Source: Chiloscyllium plagiosum (lineage: Eukaryota). Taken from it: DNA of 64,000 nucleotides. The notes under the pieces were generated by a model. That model searched no databases, was not told the origin of the DNA, and saw only the letters and a list, made by a program, of their open reading frames with translations. Positions 51,271-62,949 of the stretch are shown here, one piece after another (position 1 is the stretch's first letter; every line of letters begins with the position of its first letter). Location: the NCBI RefSeq assembly GCF_004010195.1, contig NC_057754.1, positions 9,515,516 through 9,579,515 of the forward strand. Reading direction: 5' to 3'. Position numbers and translations under genes: made by a program.

Positions 51271-53677
51271 CTGCCTATGCAGCAGAATTCCCCATTGCAG
51301 AGCTTCTCCTGTGCATGACTTGTGCTGAATTAGAGGGTTGCAAATGTGTCACAACCACTTTTAAAAAAGGGAGTGTGATTAAACAAGGACCTGTTGACCC
51401 ATTAACTATAGCAGGAAATACACTATTTCTAATTTTGTGAATGTCATATTAAGTATGTGAATGACCTATGTGTTATTTTATGTTGGTGAAAACATGCAGA
51501 GGATCCTCGTAGTTTTGGGTGATGTGGAACAGTGATTATGTCTAACAGTTCGTGTGTTATCATGCAATCTGGAGAATATGAGGTTGTCCACTTTGGGAGG
51601 GAGAACAGAGAAACAGTTTAATTCATAAACAGCGAGAGATTGGGAGTGATCGGTGTCAAAGGGACCTCAATGTCCTTCTTTATAAGTCTCTTGCAAACTA
51701 ACATGGAAGTGCAACAAGTCATTAGAAAGCCAAAGGTTTTGCCAGCTTTGTCATGACAGGATTGGATCAACAGAGTACAGAAAACATATTTCTATTGATA
51801 AACCTCTGTGATATTGTACCTACAATATTGTGTACAGGTTCCCTTAACTGGTCTGACTCTCTTCACTCATCCCCTCAAAATGCATTACTTCAAGCAAATT
51901 CCATGCTAAGGAAATATTTAAGTGCAATGTTAAATGCACAAATAAACAAGACTTGTTGCTCTTGTAGTTCTGTTTTGGAATCTTAAATTCTTTTCATCCC
52001 CTGTCAATGTTGCTCACCAACAACAGCAGATCATTCTATTGTAAATCGTCCGAAGAATACAAACGCTTAGGAACTCAAACGTAAGCAATCAGATCTGGAA
52101 CAGTGAGTTTCATTCACAAGTACAGATACCACTGTCTACCATTGGACTGCTTACTTCCTGTGTGTGTGTGCTGTTTGTTCCCCCAGAATTGCAGCGTGAC
52201 AGTGGTTTGTTCTGAAATGAATGCTGCAGTTGTACCTGAGCCTGCCCTCCTGTTTGTCCCACTGCCTGTCTCAGTCTCTCTGCTGGTATCAAACCTATTC
52301 TGCTGTCATTCAACTCCATTTCTCCTTATTCTCTGTGTTCCCCTCTTTTCAACATTGGCCGGAAAAAGCACTGGGACCTCAAAAATTAAATATTATCACA
52401 AATCTAATAAAGCGCAAGTCTTTGTGATTGATTTAAGTATCAATTTCCACTTCTATTTGCTCTTTTCACATCGTTATCTGCTGGATACCCAAAATCCACA
52501 GTTAACCTCTCTGATGGAATCAGGTCAACAGAAATTATTGACCCGTTTATCAACTTAACAAGAGCTATGACATTCAGAAAATGAATGAACACTGGTCACA
52601 GGCAAAACAGAACTACGACCAACTTTAAGTCTACTACCTGAAACACCAACTGTCTTGTAAAACTTCTGCACAAACACATGGGCAGAATCAAACAAAAACG
52701 AAACACTGGTGTTATGTGTTTCAGGTAGTAGACTTAAAGTTAGACTTAAAGGAAAACAGGAGGGAAACATGCTTCAATGGCACCAGTCCAGATGTTTTAA
52801 TGACATGTTAGTTTTGCTTCAGAGTATTTTCTGTTCACCAATCTCCTGAGTGGGCTCCATCACAGAAATCACAGGGCAATTGTGATGCTCAGTATAATAT
52901 CATACTTACTGTTTCAAGAGAAAAACTGACAGAAACTGATGGGGAGAAAAGAATCATTTTGCTGCGTGCTTCATTTACTTGACTGCCAAGAAAGATCAAG
53001 AGAAACTGTGCATTCAGCACTCTGCAAGCTTCTCTCTCTCTCTCTCTCTCTCTCGCTCCCCCCCCTTCCTCTCTCATCTCTCTCTCTCAACCCCTCCCTC
53101 CCTCTCTCATCTCTCATCTCTCTCTTCCTTTCTCTCTCTCTCTTTCTGTCTATCTCTCTCTCTCTCCCACTATTGTAAACTGTCAAGTGGTTCATCAGTC
53201 AGAGAATGGACTTCGGGCTGATGACTTCTGGCTTCAACAATTGGTCACAATTTCACAAAACAACGCACAACTGTTGCTGGATGAATGTCACTCTCACACA
53301 CTTATCTCTTCTTATCTCTCTTTCAAGGAAATCACTGGAAATAAAACTTTCAAAGAGTTTTAGTAGCATTTCATTTTTTTTATATAGAGCAGCACTTCTA
53401 TACACAGTCTTTGGCTTTAAAGCTGTGTTCTTCCCATTTCAATCCAAATCTCATTATATTCCAATACATGTAGAATTGAGAAGGTGCCACCTTTTCACTT
53501 ATGGATAACTAACTATATTTAAACCAGGTCATGGAAGGTTATGATCAATGTTGCAGTCACAATTCGAGTAGATTTTTAATGATCTAATCTCTCTCACATT
53601 TAATTCAACATTATTGAATGCAGTGTTACGGTGACAGGTCCAGCTTTACAATCCACCCTTATCTATTTTCCTTGCAG

Positions 53678-54576
53678 CAAACATAATGACGATGGTGATC
53701 CTGTCACGGGGAAAATGTGGTCTCTCAAAATGTATTACTCACTACTTGGTAGCCATGTCAGCATCGGATCTACTGGTCATTATACTCAACTTAATTTTGA
53801 GGCACATTCCAATTGTTTTTTCAGAATATTTTTCATTTGTGAAGTCCATCCGTGTGTGTAATATCCATGCTGTCCTACTGTATGCAGCTACAGACTGCTC
53901 TGTCTGGTTCACCGCTGGTTTCACCTTTGACAGATTTGTGGCTATTTGTTGTCAGAAGTTGAAATGTACATATTGTGTGGAGAAAACTGCAGTTATAGTT
54001 CTCGGAACAGCCATTGTGCTGAGCTGTTCAAAGAACATCACCTGGTACTTCATGTATACAGGCAAGTATTGGCTGATGAATGTACCATGGTTTTGCGTGT
54101 TAACAGAGGATGTTCAGTATTCTTGGATCTGGGGAACAATTGAGTTTGTCCATCACATTCTAACTGCTGCCGTCCCATTTGTTATCATTTTGCTTCTCAA
54201 TATTGTCACTGTGAAACATATTATAGTGACCAACAGAGCCCGATGGAGACTCTTGGCTCACAACAGTCGGGGGATTACAAGAGATCCTGAGATGGCGAGT
54301 CGGCGGAAATCCATCATTTTACTCTTTGTTATTTCAGTGAATTTCATTCTGCTGTGGGTAGTGTTCTTGCTGTATAGTATATGGCGACGCATGTGGCATG
54401 TGGGGTATCGGACCTTATGGCTCGATCGCTCTGCACGAGAATTGGGGTTCATGCTTCAGCTCTTGAGCTGCTGCACGAACACCTGCATTTATGTCGCGAC
54501 GCAGATTAAATTCAGAGAACAGTTGAAGCACATGTTCAAATATCCCTTCATTGTCATGTGCCAGATCGTTCACTGA
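53678..54576 (+). CDS. GPR139-like class A GPCR gene 2, exon 2 (spliced product ~363 aa)
   Basis: Acceptor ttccttgcag| in phase (G+CA AAC = A-N). SASDL, FTFDRFVAIC, SCCTNTCIY, KFREQL. Intact. Confidence 0.9.
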
Positions 54577-55952
54577 TGAGTATACCTGGATCGCTGGCAA
54601 TTGAGAGTGCCTTTTTGATTCCTATAAGAGGTTCAATCTCAGCAGTCTAAAGGCCTCTTGAGGAAGGTAGAGATAGAAAGAAGTCTCTGACTGTGGAGAA
54701 AGATCCGGAATGCAGCCTAGCATTATGGTGTCAGAGTGTCTGAGAGTCTAGTCACACGGGGATATGAATCCAGCCTGTGAGCAAGCCCAGATGGATGACT
54801 TGCTTGCATGCGTCTGTGAGTGAGTCAATGGGCTGGAACATGTTGACTGGGGATACCAGTCACTTATCACCGTGAGACAATGATATGAACTGGTGAAGAA
54901 GGCATACCAGATACTTACCTTCATTATCCAAGCCATGGATTTTAAGAGCAGTGAGATTATTCTGGAAATGGACCAGAGGAGACTGAGAGGAGATATGACT
55001 GAGATGTTTAAAATTATAGAGATGTGGGTCGACAAAATAAAATTTTCACCTTGATGGAGGGTGACCAGGGTGCGTGAATTGGAGGGTAAGCGACAGGAAT
55101 CATCTTATTTTAATATCTTCAGATAAAATAGCAATGTAATGTTTTTCCATTCCAAACTGCTGACCTGAACCTACATCAGTCCAAGGTGAGGCAATGCATG
55201 AGAAACTCAGCAGCTCTGACATCAACCGTGGAGAGAGAAACAGCCAATGTGTCACTCTGTTAGGACTCTTCTTCAGAAGATCCTCAATGTTTGAAACATT
55301 AAATTCTACTTTCATCACTCTCCATTCAGTCAAAGTGGGCATGGGGCAGAACTTGTAGTCACTTAACAATCCTCATTTGTAGCAGATGTAAAGTGGATGG
55401 GGTGAAAAATGGAACAATATAGATTACGCTTTTATGAGATTATGTTTGGGGAAGTGAGCATAGAATATTGAATGGGAGCTTTGACATAGATTGGTTCAAA
55501 CGATCCAGTGTTTAAGCTTCAGGATAGAATTATTTTCGCTCGACGTCTAATCAAATGCTCTCCCATATTTCATATTGAAATATGTAGTATGGACATTAGA
55601 AGCTGAACGTGGGCTTTTTGTCGATGTGTATTCTTCCTTTGAAAGGGTCAATTTTTCCATTTTTCAGTTTCAAACAGCAGGCCTCCATACGAACATGGTT
55701 TGAAACTGGAACGCTCAAACGTTTTCTTTTTGGAAAATGGCAGGGCGTTTGGATGCACACCATCCATCTCTTCCAACAAAACAGTAATGTGCTGGTTAGC
55801 AAGAATGGTTGGGACCAGTTGCCACAGTCATGGCTAATCCCGAAACGGCGATTTTCCTGTTCCTCGAATGCTGCCTGACCTGCTGTGCTTTTCTAGCACC
55901 ACTCTAATCTAAACTCTGGTTTCCAGCAACTGCAGTCCTCACTTTTGCCTAA

Positions 55953-56531
55953 TCTTATGGACCAGGCTAGATCCCCCACTTTGAAATGTTTTCAGAAGGT
56001 AACCCAAACCCTAACTTTTCTATTATTATTTGGGCAGATGTGAGGTGGATATTCCAGGAGTGACGCAGCTGGTCAAACCACTTGGCTTTAAGCAAAACAG
56101 AATTTATTTAAAATTACAGATGAAACACGAACAAATGAAAACAGAATTTAGAATAACTTATTTAATAGCCCAACTGACACAATATCACAACTTAATGAAG
56201 CAGTTCCAATCCCTGCAACCCCCCCATAACACATCCCTTGACCAAGGTTAAATTCAAACACAGGGCCTTACAGGCAGGAGAGGATTCAGAGAGGAAGTTC
56301 AGGCACAACCTCTGTTGAAACATGGAACCTTTTTCCACTGTAGCTGCTTCTCTAGGTCACCAGCTAAAACTAAGCCAAGCTAGAAAAATAACCTGAACTG
56401 GGAGAACTGGCCACTCTCCTGCCATTGTTTTTAAGTAGACATTTCCAGACGTATTGGAACCTCTGCCTTTACGACCCCTCCTGAAAAAAAACAAGGGCAC
56501 TATTACTTGTTAAAGGGGCAGCATTGTCACA
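55953..56531 (-). mobile_element. Solo Gmr1-type LTR, TSD CTAA
   Basis: CTAA at 55949-52 and 56532-35. Similar to LTRs at 20068 and 40112. Confidence 0.88.
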
Positions 56532-56665
56532 CTAATGAACATACAAAATATGCACATTATTTATTTCATGTGGCAGCTCCCACAGGACAACAACACTCCA
56601 GTTCTACCCAAGTGACATCTGGGTTCATATCTGGGTGGAACATATTGAATGGAGCCATTAACTAA

Positions 56666-57300
56666 TGTGATGATGCTGTAGCTTTAAGGGGTGATTTTGT
56701 CCTGGTTTCTTATGTGAGAGAGTTTAATGAGAGGCGGTGAACAGTCTGCAGTAGCATGAACAGCCTGCGAGGACTTGGGTTTTTTTAAATGTTGGAACAG
56801 GAGAAGCAGCCTGGATGGGTGTGGCCAGGTCTCACAGACCAGGATATGTAGCGTTTCTAGTTTTTTGCTTTGATTAGCTTTTAGAATCAGCAGAGGCTGA
56901 CGGAGACTTGAAGAAGGAGAAGCTATTTTCCCTTCTCTCAGTTACAGCTAGAAGCTCAGGTTTCTCTTCCTACTGAAGGCATTGGGTGAGTGAAAATCCA
57001 TTTCTGAAATTGCCTTTTTCCAAGAGATGTTTCTGTATTGGAACAGTCAATTATTAATAGTTACTGGAACTATTACTCTGTTACATTTTCCACTAGAGTT
57101 GAATTATTCTAAGTTCTTTCTTTTACTGTGTTTTAACAAGTGTATTTAAATAAATTGTGTTTTGCCTAACATTGAGTAGTTTGACCAGTTGAATTGCATC
57201 TGGAACACGCCACTTTACATTTGCCTTTCAAATAAGAAAAAGTTAGGGTCTAGGCTACCTTCTTAAAATATTCTGAGGGGGTCTGGTCTGATCCATAATG
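56666..57300 (+). mobile_element. Solo Gmr1-type LTR, opposite orientation, TSD CTAA
   Basis: CTAA at 56662-65 and 57301-04. Ends gagggggtctggtctgatccataa (reverse complement of the family terminus). Confidence 0.85.
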
Positions 57301-58550
57301 CTAAATTTCGAATCAGCACAGAGAGAGAAGTTACCTCTGTGTATTGGTTCCTCAAGGTCCTGCAACTGAGTCTAAATTGAAACCAGACTCCCACAATCCA
57401 CGCTCATCTGCCTTTATTACTCTGAGACAAAACTAGGGAGGTTGTCTGAGGAGATGGATGCAGCTTTCTAGAGGCAGGGATCATCCCATCTTCAGGTTTA
57501 TACAAATCTAGCTCAGTGTGTCCATTCATCAAGCCAGGAATCCTTTTTGCCTTATCTACCACTTCCAGATAGTTGTATTTGTGAATCATCTCCATCCAGC
57601 TCCTGTTGTTTCTTTTCATACTTGGGAATAAAAACACATTACCTCACACTTCTCCACACTAAATTTCATCTGCCACATGTCAGCCCATTTTCCCAGCCTG
57701 ATTATATTTCCTTAAATCCAGTGAACTGTCCTCCCTCATGTTTACAATGCTTGCGTCATCTAGAAACTTTGGAAGTGCATCTTAGACCTGATCGTGTGAA
57801 TTTCATTGGCACCTTCTGGGAGCTTGTGAAAGAGGGAACTGACCACAATGCCAGAATTAGCTCAGAACATTTCTTCACTGTACACAGAGGCATGGTCAAA
57901 TAGGGCTTCACTTGTACTTCCTCCAGTTTGTTCTCAGTCCCAGGTCAGCTGATATCAACACAATTGATGCATGTGGACACTCCTCACCAACACTTCTCAA
58001 AGTACCAACACCAGCCCCAATGAAACGCCACCGTAGACTTCTCTCTGATGTGAATACCAACCGTCCACCTCTGTCCTCTGATTTCTGACCCTTTAACGTT
58101 TTGTAACGAGGCTGTCACTGTCTGTTCAATTCCACGGGCATTCAAATTTTGCCCAAAGGCATCTTGTGTGACATTTCATCCAACACCCTTCGAAATGTTA
58201 TTAACACGTCATCCACATGAACTTCATCACCCCCTCACTGATATTCCGTGGGATGATCAACTAATTCCCTGGGAATAAGGAATAGAGGAGATCTTCCATC
58301 CCATCACGCACGTACCATCCAATTTCAGACCATGTCCCGGTTTTCTGATGTCAATCCTGCAAATTAGTTCTGTCCATAAAACAATAAGGAATAGGAACAG
58401 GAGTAGGCCATCCAGTAATTGAAGCCTGCTCTGCCATGCAGTAGGATCATGGCTGATCCAAAATTCGTCACGTATACTTTCCTGTGACACCCTCGTATCA
58501 CAAGATTCCCCCAACTGTTTGTGAACTGTAAAATTTGACTCTATTTCCCT

Positions 58551-59050
58551 NNNNNNNNNNNNNNNNNNNNNNNNNNNNNNNNNNNNNNNNNNNNNNNNNN
58601 NNNNNNNNNNNNNNNNNNNNNNNNNNNNNNNNNNNNNNNNNNNNNNNNNNNNNNNNNNNNNNNNNNNNNNNNNNNNNNNNNNNNNNNNNNNNNNNNNNNN
58701 NNNNNNNNNNNNNNNNNNNNNNNNNNNNNNNNNNNNNNNNNNNNNNNNNNNNNNNNNNNNNNNNNNNNNNNNNNNNNNNNNNNNNNNNNNNNNNNNNNNN
58801 NNNNNNNNNNNNNNNNNNNNNNNNNNNNNNNNNNNNNNNNNNNNNNNNNNNNNNNNNNNNNNNNNNNNNNNNNNNNNNNNNNNNNNNNNNNNNNNNNNNN
58901 NNNNNNNNNNNNNNNNNNNNNNNNNNNNNNNNNNNNNNNNNNNNNNNNNNNNNNNNNNNNNNNNNNNNNNNNNNNNNNNNNNNNNNNNNNNNNNNNNNNN
59001 NNNNNNNNNNNNNNNNNNNNNNNNNNNNNNNNNNNNNNNNNNNNNNNNNN
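58551..59050. other. Assembly gap (500 N); other gaps at 7268-7391 and 42700-42770
   Basis: Runs of N. Confidence 1.
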
Positions 59051-59064
59051 AATATTTATTAAAA

Positions 59065-59226
59065 TGTGCAGGTTAGGTGAATTGGCCATGCTAAATTGCC
59101 CGTAGTGTTAGGTGAAGGGGTAAATGTAGAGGAGTGGGTCTGGGTGGATTGCTCTTAGGAGAGTCAGTGTGGACTTGTTGGGCCGAAGGGCCTGTTTCAA
59201 CACTGTAAATAATCTAATCTAATCTA
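59065..59226 (+). mobile_element. HE1-type V-SINE 3' half
   Basis: gtgaattggccatgctaaattgccc..gggccgaagggcctgttt, (taatc)n tail. Confidence 0.85.
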
Positions 59227-59229
59227 GTG

Positions 59230-59760
59230 CATCAACAGGTTTGGTGAGCGAGTGAACAACCGCTCCATTGTCTCGATGAGTTCTCAGTTCCGACGAGTAA
59301 ATTAATTCATTTCCATAGCTATCATATCTCCGCTGTCTTTCCATGGTGCAGGTTTCCTTGTGTCATCTCAGCTCCCACCTGTACTGTCTCTCCCTACCGT
59401 CAACGGTGCAATGTCCTTCCAGGCTACTTCAACGGTTAAAGTACTCTCCAAGATCAGCACCCTAGAAACTCTCAGACCTGGTGACTTGATGGGTTTTTTT
59501 CCAGTGACCCTGATGGTAAAAAAAACTGTTTCCCACAGACAGAACAGACAAACATTTCTCTCCCTAGATTCAATGGGTGATGATACACAGGCCCTGATTG
59601 TCTGTAAAATTTTCACATTGTGTTTGATTTGACTTTACTAACTACTGGCTCTCTCCTGCTAATATCCAGTAAAACGAGGTTAGAAGTGACAACAATTCCA
59701 GTGCAGAATACAAACTCTGACCAAACAATATTAGTTACTGTGGGAAGATTTTCTTACTCT
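59230..59760 (-). pseudogene. Highly degraded C2H2 ZNF paralog remnant
   Basis: Collinear with 5720-6300 (acagacaaacatttctc, ggttaaag, ccttgtgtca, intron end). ATG 59344 reads MERQRRYDSYGNELIYSSELRTHR versus [24 protein letters not shown]. Confidence 0.6.
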
Positions 59761-60021
59761 GAAGTGATAAATCATTGTCTCCCACTTTTCCTATTCCGAC
59801 ATACCTTCCAATCAAAGCCAATTTCATTGTTACAATGGGCTAAGGACCTCTCTCTGTGCCCTAGACTCTATCTTACTATCCTCTATTCTTTTTCCCAACA
59901 TTAGCGTCCCCTGGAGAGAGCCATACATGTTTCCAGCTTGGAAATGTCCCCTTTGGCCCAATTTGACCAGTTTTCACAATTAAACTCGTCCCATTTGCCT
60001 GCATTTGGTCCACATCCCTCC

Positions 60022-60215
60022 ATGGAGACAGTGAGGTCTGCAGATGCTGGAGATCAGAGCTGAGAGTGTGTTGCTGGAAAAGCGCAGCAGGTCAGGCAGC
60101 ATCCGAGGAGCAGGAAAATTAACGTTTCGGGCCAGAGCCATTCTTCAGGTCCGAAACATTGATTTTCCTGCTCCTCGGATGCTGCTTGACCTACTTTCCA
60201 GCACACGCTCTCAAC
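60022..60215. mobile_element. PLE-derived short element with inverted repeat and hammerhead motif (60121-60148, -)
   Basis: gcagcatccgaggagcaggaaaat is inverted as attttcctgctcctcggatgctgc. Minus strand CTGAAGA-A-TGGC-TCTG-GCCC-GAAAC-GTT. Confidence 0.7.
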
Positions 60216-60239
60216 CCACATCCCTCCATAATTATCCCA

Positions 60240-61550
60240 CTCTTGTACCCACTCCTGCTTCTTAACTTGTACTCGCCTCTGCCACTACTTCTACGCCATT
60301 GTCAACACTCACCACCCTCTGTGTAAACAAATTGCCCATTTTTACACTTTCGTATCTCTCCCCTCTCACTCTCCCCTCTCCCCTCTAGCTTTGCACTCCC
60401 CTACCCTGGGGAAAGGCTGTTGACTATCTACCTTATCTATGCCACTGCGATTTTATAGATCTCGATAAAGTCACCCCTCAGTCTTCTACAATCCAGGGAA
60501 AAAAGTCCCAGCCTATCCAACCTCTGCTTATAACTCAAACCTTCCAGTCCCGGTAGCATCCTAGTAAATCTTTTATGTGCTCTTTCTAGTTTAATCATAT
60601 CCTTTCTATAACAGGACAACCAGAACTGCATGCAGTATTCCAAATCCGGCCTCACCAACATCTTATACAGCTGTAACAAGACTTCCCAAAACCTATACAC
60701 AGTGCTCTGACCAATGAAAGCAGGGATGCTGAAAACCTTCTACCTGTGACTCTACTTTCAAGGAGCTATGAATCTGTATCCGTGGATCTCTTTGTTTTTA
60801 ACACCCCCCAGGGCCCTGCTATGGGCTGGGTAAGTCTTGTCCTGATTTGAATTACCTAAATGCAACAACTTGCATTGATCTAAATTAAACTCCATCTGCC
60901 ATTCCTCAGGCCACTGGCCCAGTTGATCAAGATTTCACTGTGTTCCCACCTTCTCCACTGTCCACTATACTACTAATCTTAGTGTCATCCACAAACTTAA
61001 TAACCATACCTCATAAATTCTCATCCAAATCATTTATATAAATGATGAATAACAGTGGACCCAGCGCTGATTCCTAGGGCACACCACTGATTGAAAAACA
61101 ACCCTCTACCACTACCCACTGTCTTCTACTTTCAAGTCAATTTTGTGTCCAGTTGGATAGCTCTCTCTGGATCCCATGAGATTTAACCTTAGTCAACAAC
61201 TGCCCATTCAGTAACTTGTCAAAGGTCTCGTTAAAGTTCACGTCGACAACATTTACTGCACTGCCTTCATGTACTATCTTGGTCACCCATTCAAAAAACT
61301 CAATCAAATTCGTGAGATACAATATCCCGTACACAAAGGCATGCTGACTATCTCAGGTGAGACCTTACCTCTATGAATACCTGTACATCCTGTCTCTCAG
61401 AATCCCCTCAAACAACTTACCCACCACAGATTTCAGGCTCACCGGTCTGTAGTCCTCAGGCATTTCCCTGCAGCCTTTCTTAAATAGTGGCAGAACATTA
61501 GCTGTCCTCCAATCTTCAGACACTTCTCCCATGGCTGTCGATAACACAAT
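60240..61550 (-). mobile_element. CR1 LINE RT-3' fragment
   Basis: [33 protein letters not shown]. Confidence 0.88.
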
Positions 61551-62091
61551 GTGCTAACTCTTGGATTCAGTTTCAATACCCTCTATTCTCCTCCAGAATA
61601 TGTCGCCCCAGCATCCAACAGAAGTTAACAAAGTATTTTTCAAGGGGATGTCACAGTCACAACCAGGGACGATTCACATGTACTTGATGTCCTGGTTAGG
61701 TCACTCCACTTTTCATCCTATTTCTTGTCCCAGTTTGAAGAATGGGCTCTGGCAGCTTAATGATATCTAGAATGCACACACTTCCCTTCCCTGTGGAAAC
61801 CACTCAGTCTACCTTGGGGCCAGTTGTCAGGACTGCACATGTGCCAATAAAACAAGCTTTCCTCAAGTACCATATTCTGATTCAGTAGAATATCAAAGTT
61901 CATTGAAGTGTTCTTGTTGTTCAACAGGTCACAGGGGTCAAAGTCTCTCTGAGCCCCACATCGTCCTGGCTTCGCTTCACCAAAAGACGTTGTGCGGCAG
62001 TTGACTTGTATTTTTATGGCTGCTTGTGCTTGTTCCTTTCTCAGTGGCAGGTTTCTCCCTATCTAGCCCTCTCAAGATTTTGAAAACATTT

Positions 62092-62945
62092 TGTCATGAT
62101 TGGAATCAGGTGGACCTCATAGAACATGAGTTCCCTGTTACTCTGGCGCAGTCAGGGAGCTCTGGTTGACAGATGTAAACAGGAGTGTCAGATATCCAGT
62201 TCACTCTGAGAGCTGGTTCTGAGTGAGGCCAGTGTCACGTACTATGCACGTGTAAATAAAGGGTGACTTGGTGACAGGATACTAGTCTCTGTGGATAGAA
62301 ATGAAAATGCCCCGACAACATTTGCTTGCAATACTCAGAACTTAGTACGTTACAGTGCAGTTCAACCTCTTCAGCCCTCGATGTTGCGCCGACCTGTGAA
62401 ACCAATCTGGTCTTTTTATGTTGGGGTAAGCATTTCTGGCATCATGCTGTTATTTGGGAAGCTTGGCTCTTTCAATCCTCCTGTTGAAGACTGGGCCCAG
62501 TACATAGAAAGAATGCATTTTTATTTCTGGGCAAACAACATCGAAAATCAACGAGTAATTCTCCTGACACCTTGCGGACCCGCAGCCTTCTCGGTCATTA
62601 GGCGCCTTACTTTTTCTGAGGCGCCAGATAATGAAACCTTTTAAGAGTTGATGGATTTAGTTAAGGAATATCATGAGCCCCAACCTCCTCTAATTCTGAG
62701 GTGCTATCAGTTTTACTCGGCAATTAAAGAATCAGGGGAAAACTTGTTGAAGTTTTTGATGAGGTTAAGATGACTGGCAGAGGCATGTGACTTTGATTTA
62801 ACCTTCAATGAGATGTATGTGGGATTGGTATGTGGGATTAAGTATGTAACCATGTAAGAGCACTTACTAGCTGAAGCCCAGTTGGACTTCAAACAGGCAC
62901 TACAACTGCTCTCTCATTAGAAAATACAGCAGGTGGAGCATATTT
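62092..62945 (+). mobile_element. Gypsy LTR plus degenerate gag N-terminus
   Basis: LTR with aataaa, then FGKLGSFNP..EDWAQYIERMHFYFWANNI..RLR*LAEACDF. Confidence 0.75.
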
Positions 62946-62949
62946 TTAA

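Larger units (their letters stand above)
49686..53480. repeat. Long inverted repeat in GPCR2 intron: arms ~49686-50618 and ~52680-53480
   Basis: For example gtgtgagagtgacattcatccag..tgtgaaattgtga..gacagtttacaatag(AG)n aagcttgcagagtg is reverse-complementary to 53020-53300, and taacatgtcattaaaacatctggactggtgccattgaa is reverse-complementary to ~52773-52810. Confidence 0.9.

Noticed and set aside
49290..51405. ~75-bp direct repeat at 49292 and 51329
   Set aside because: Both are CR1 RT fragments (RVANV..FKKG); ordinary interspersed repeat similarity.
52889..53221. Low-complexity RE/SL-rich ORFs (also 49822-50217, 18978-19268)
   Set aside because: Translations of (CT)n/(AG)n microsatellites.
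58535..59089. 175/182-aa ORFs
   Set aside because: Artefacts of the 500-N gap.
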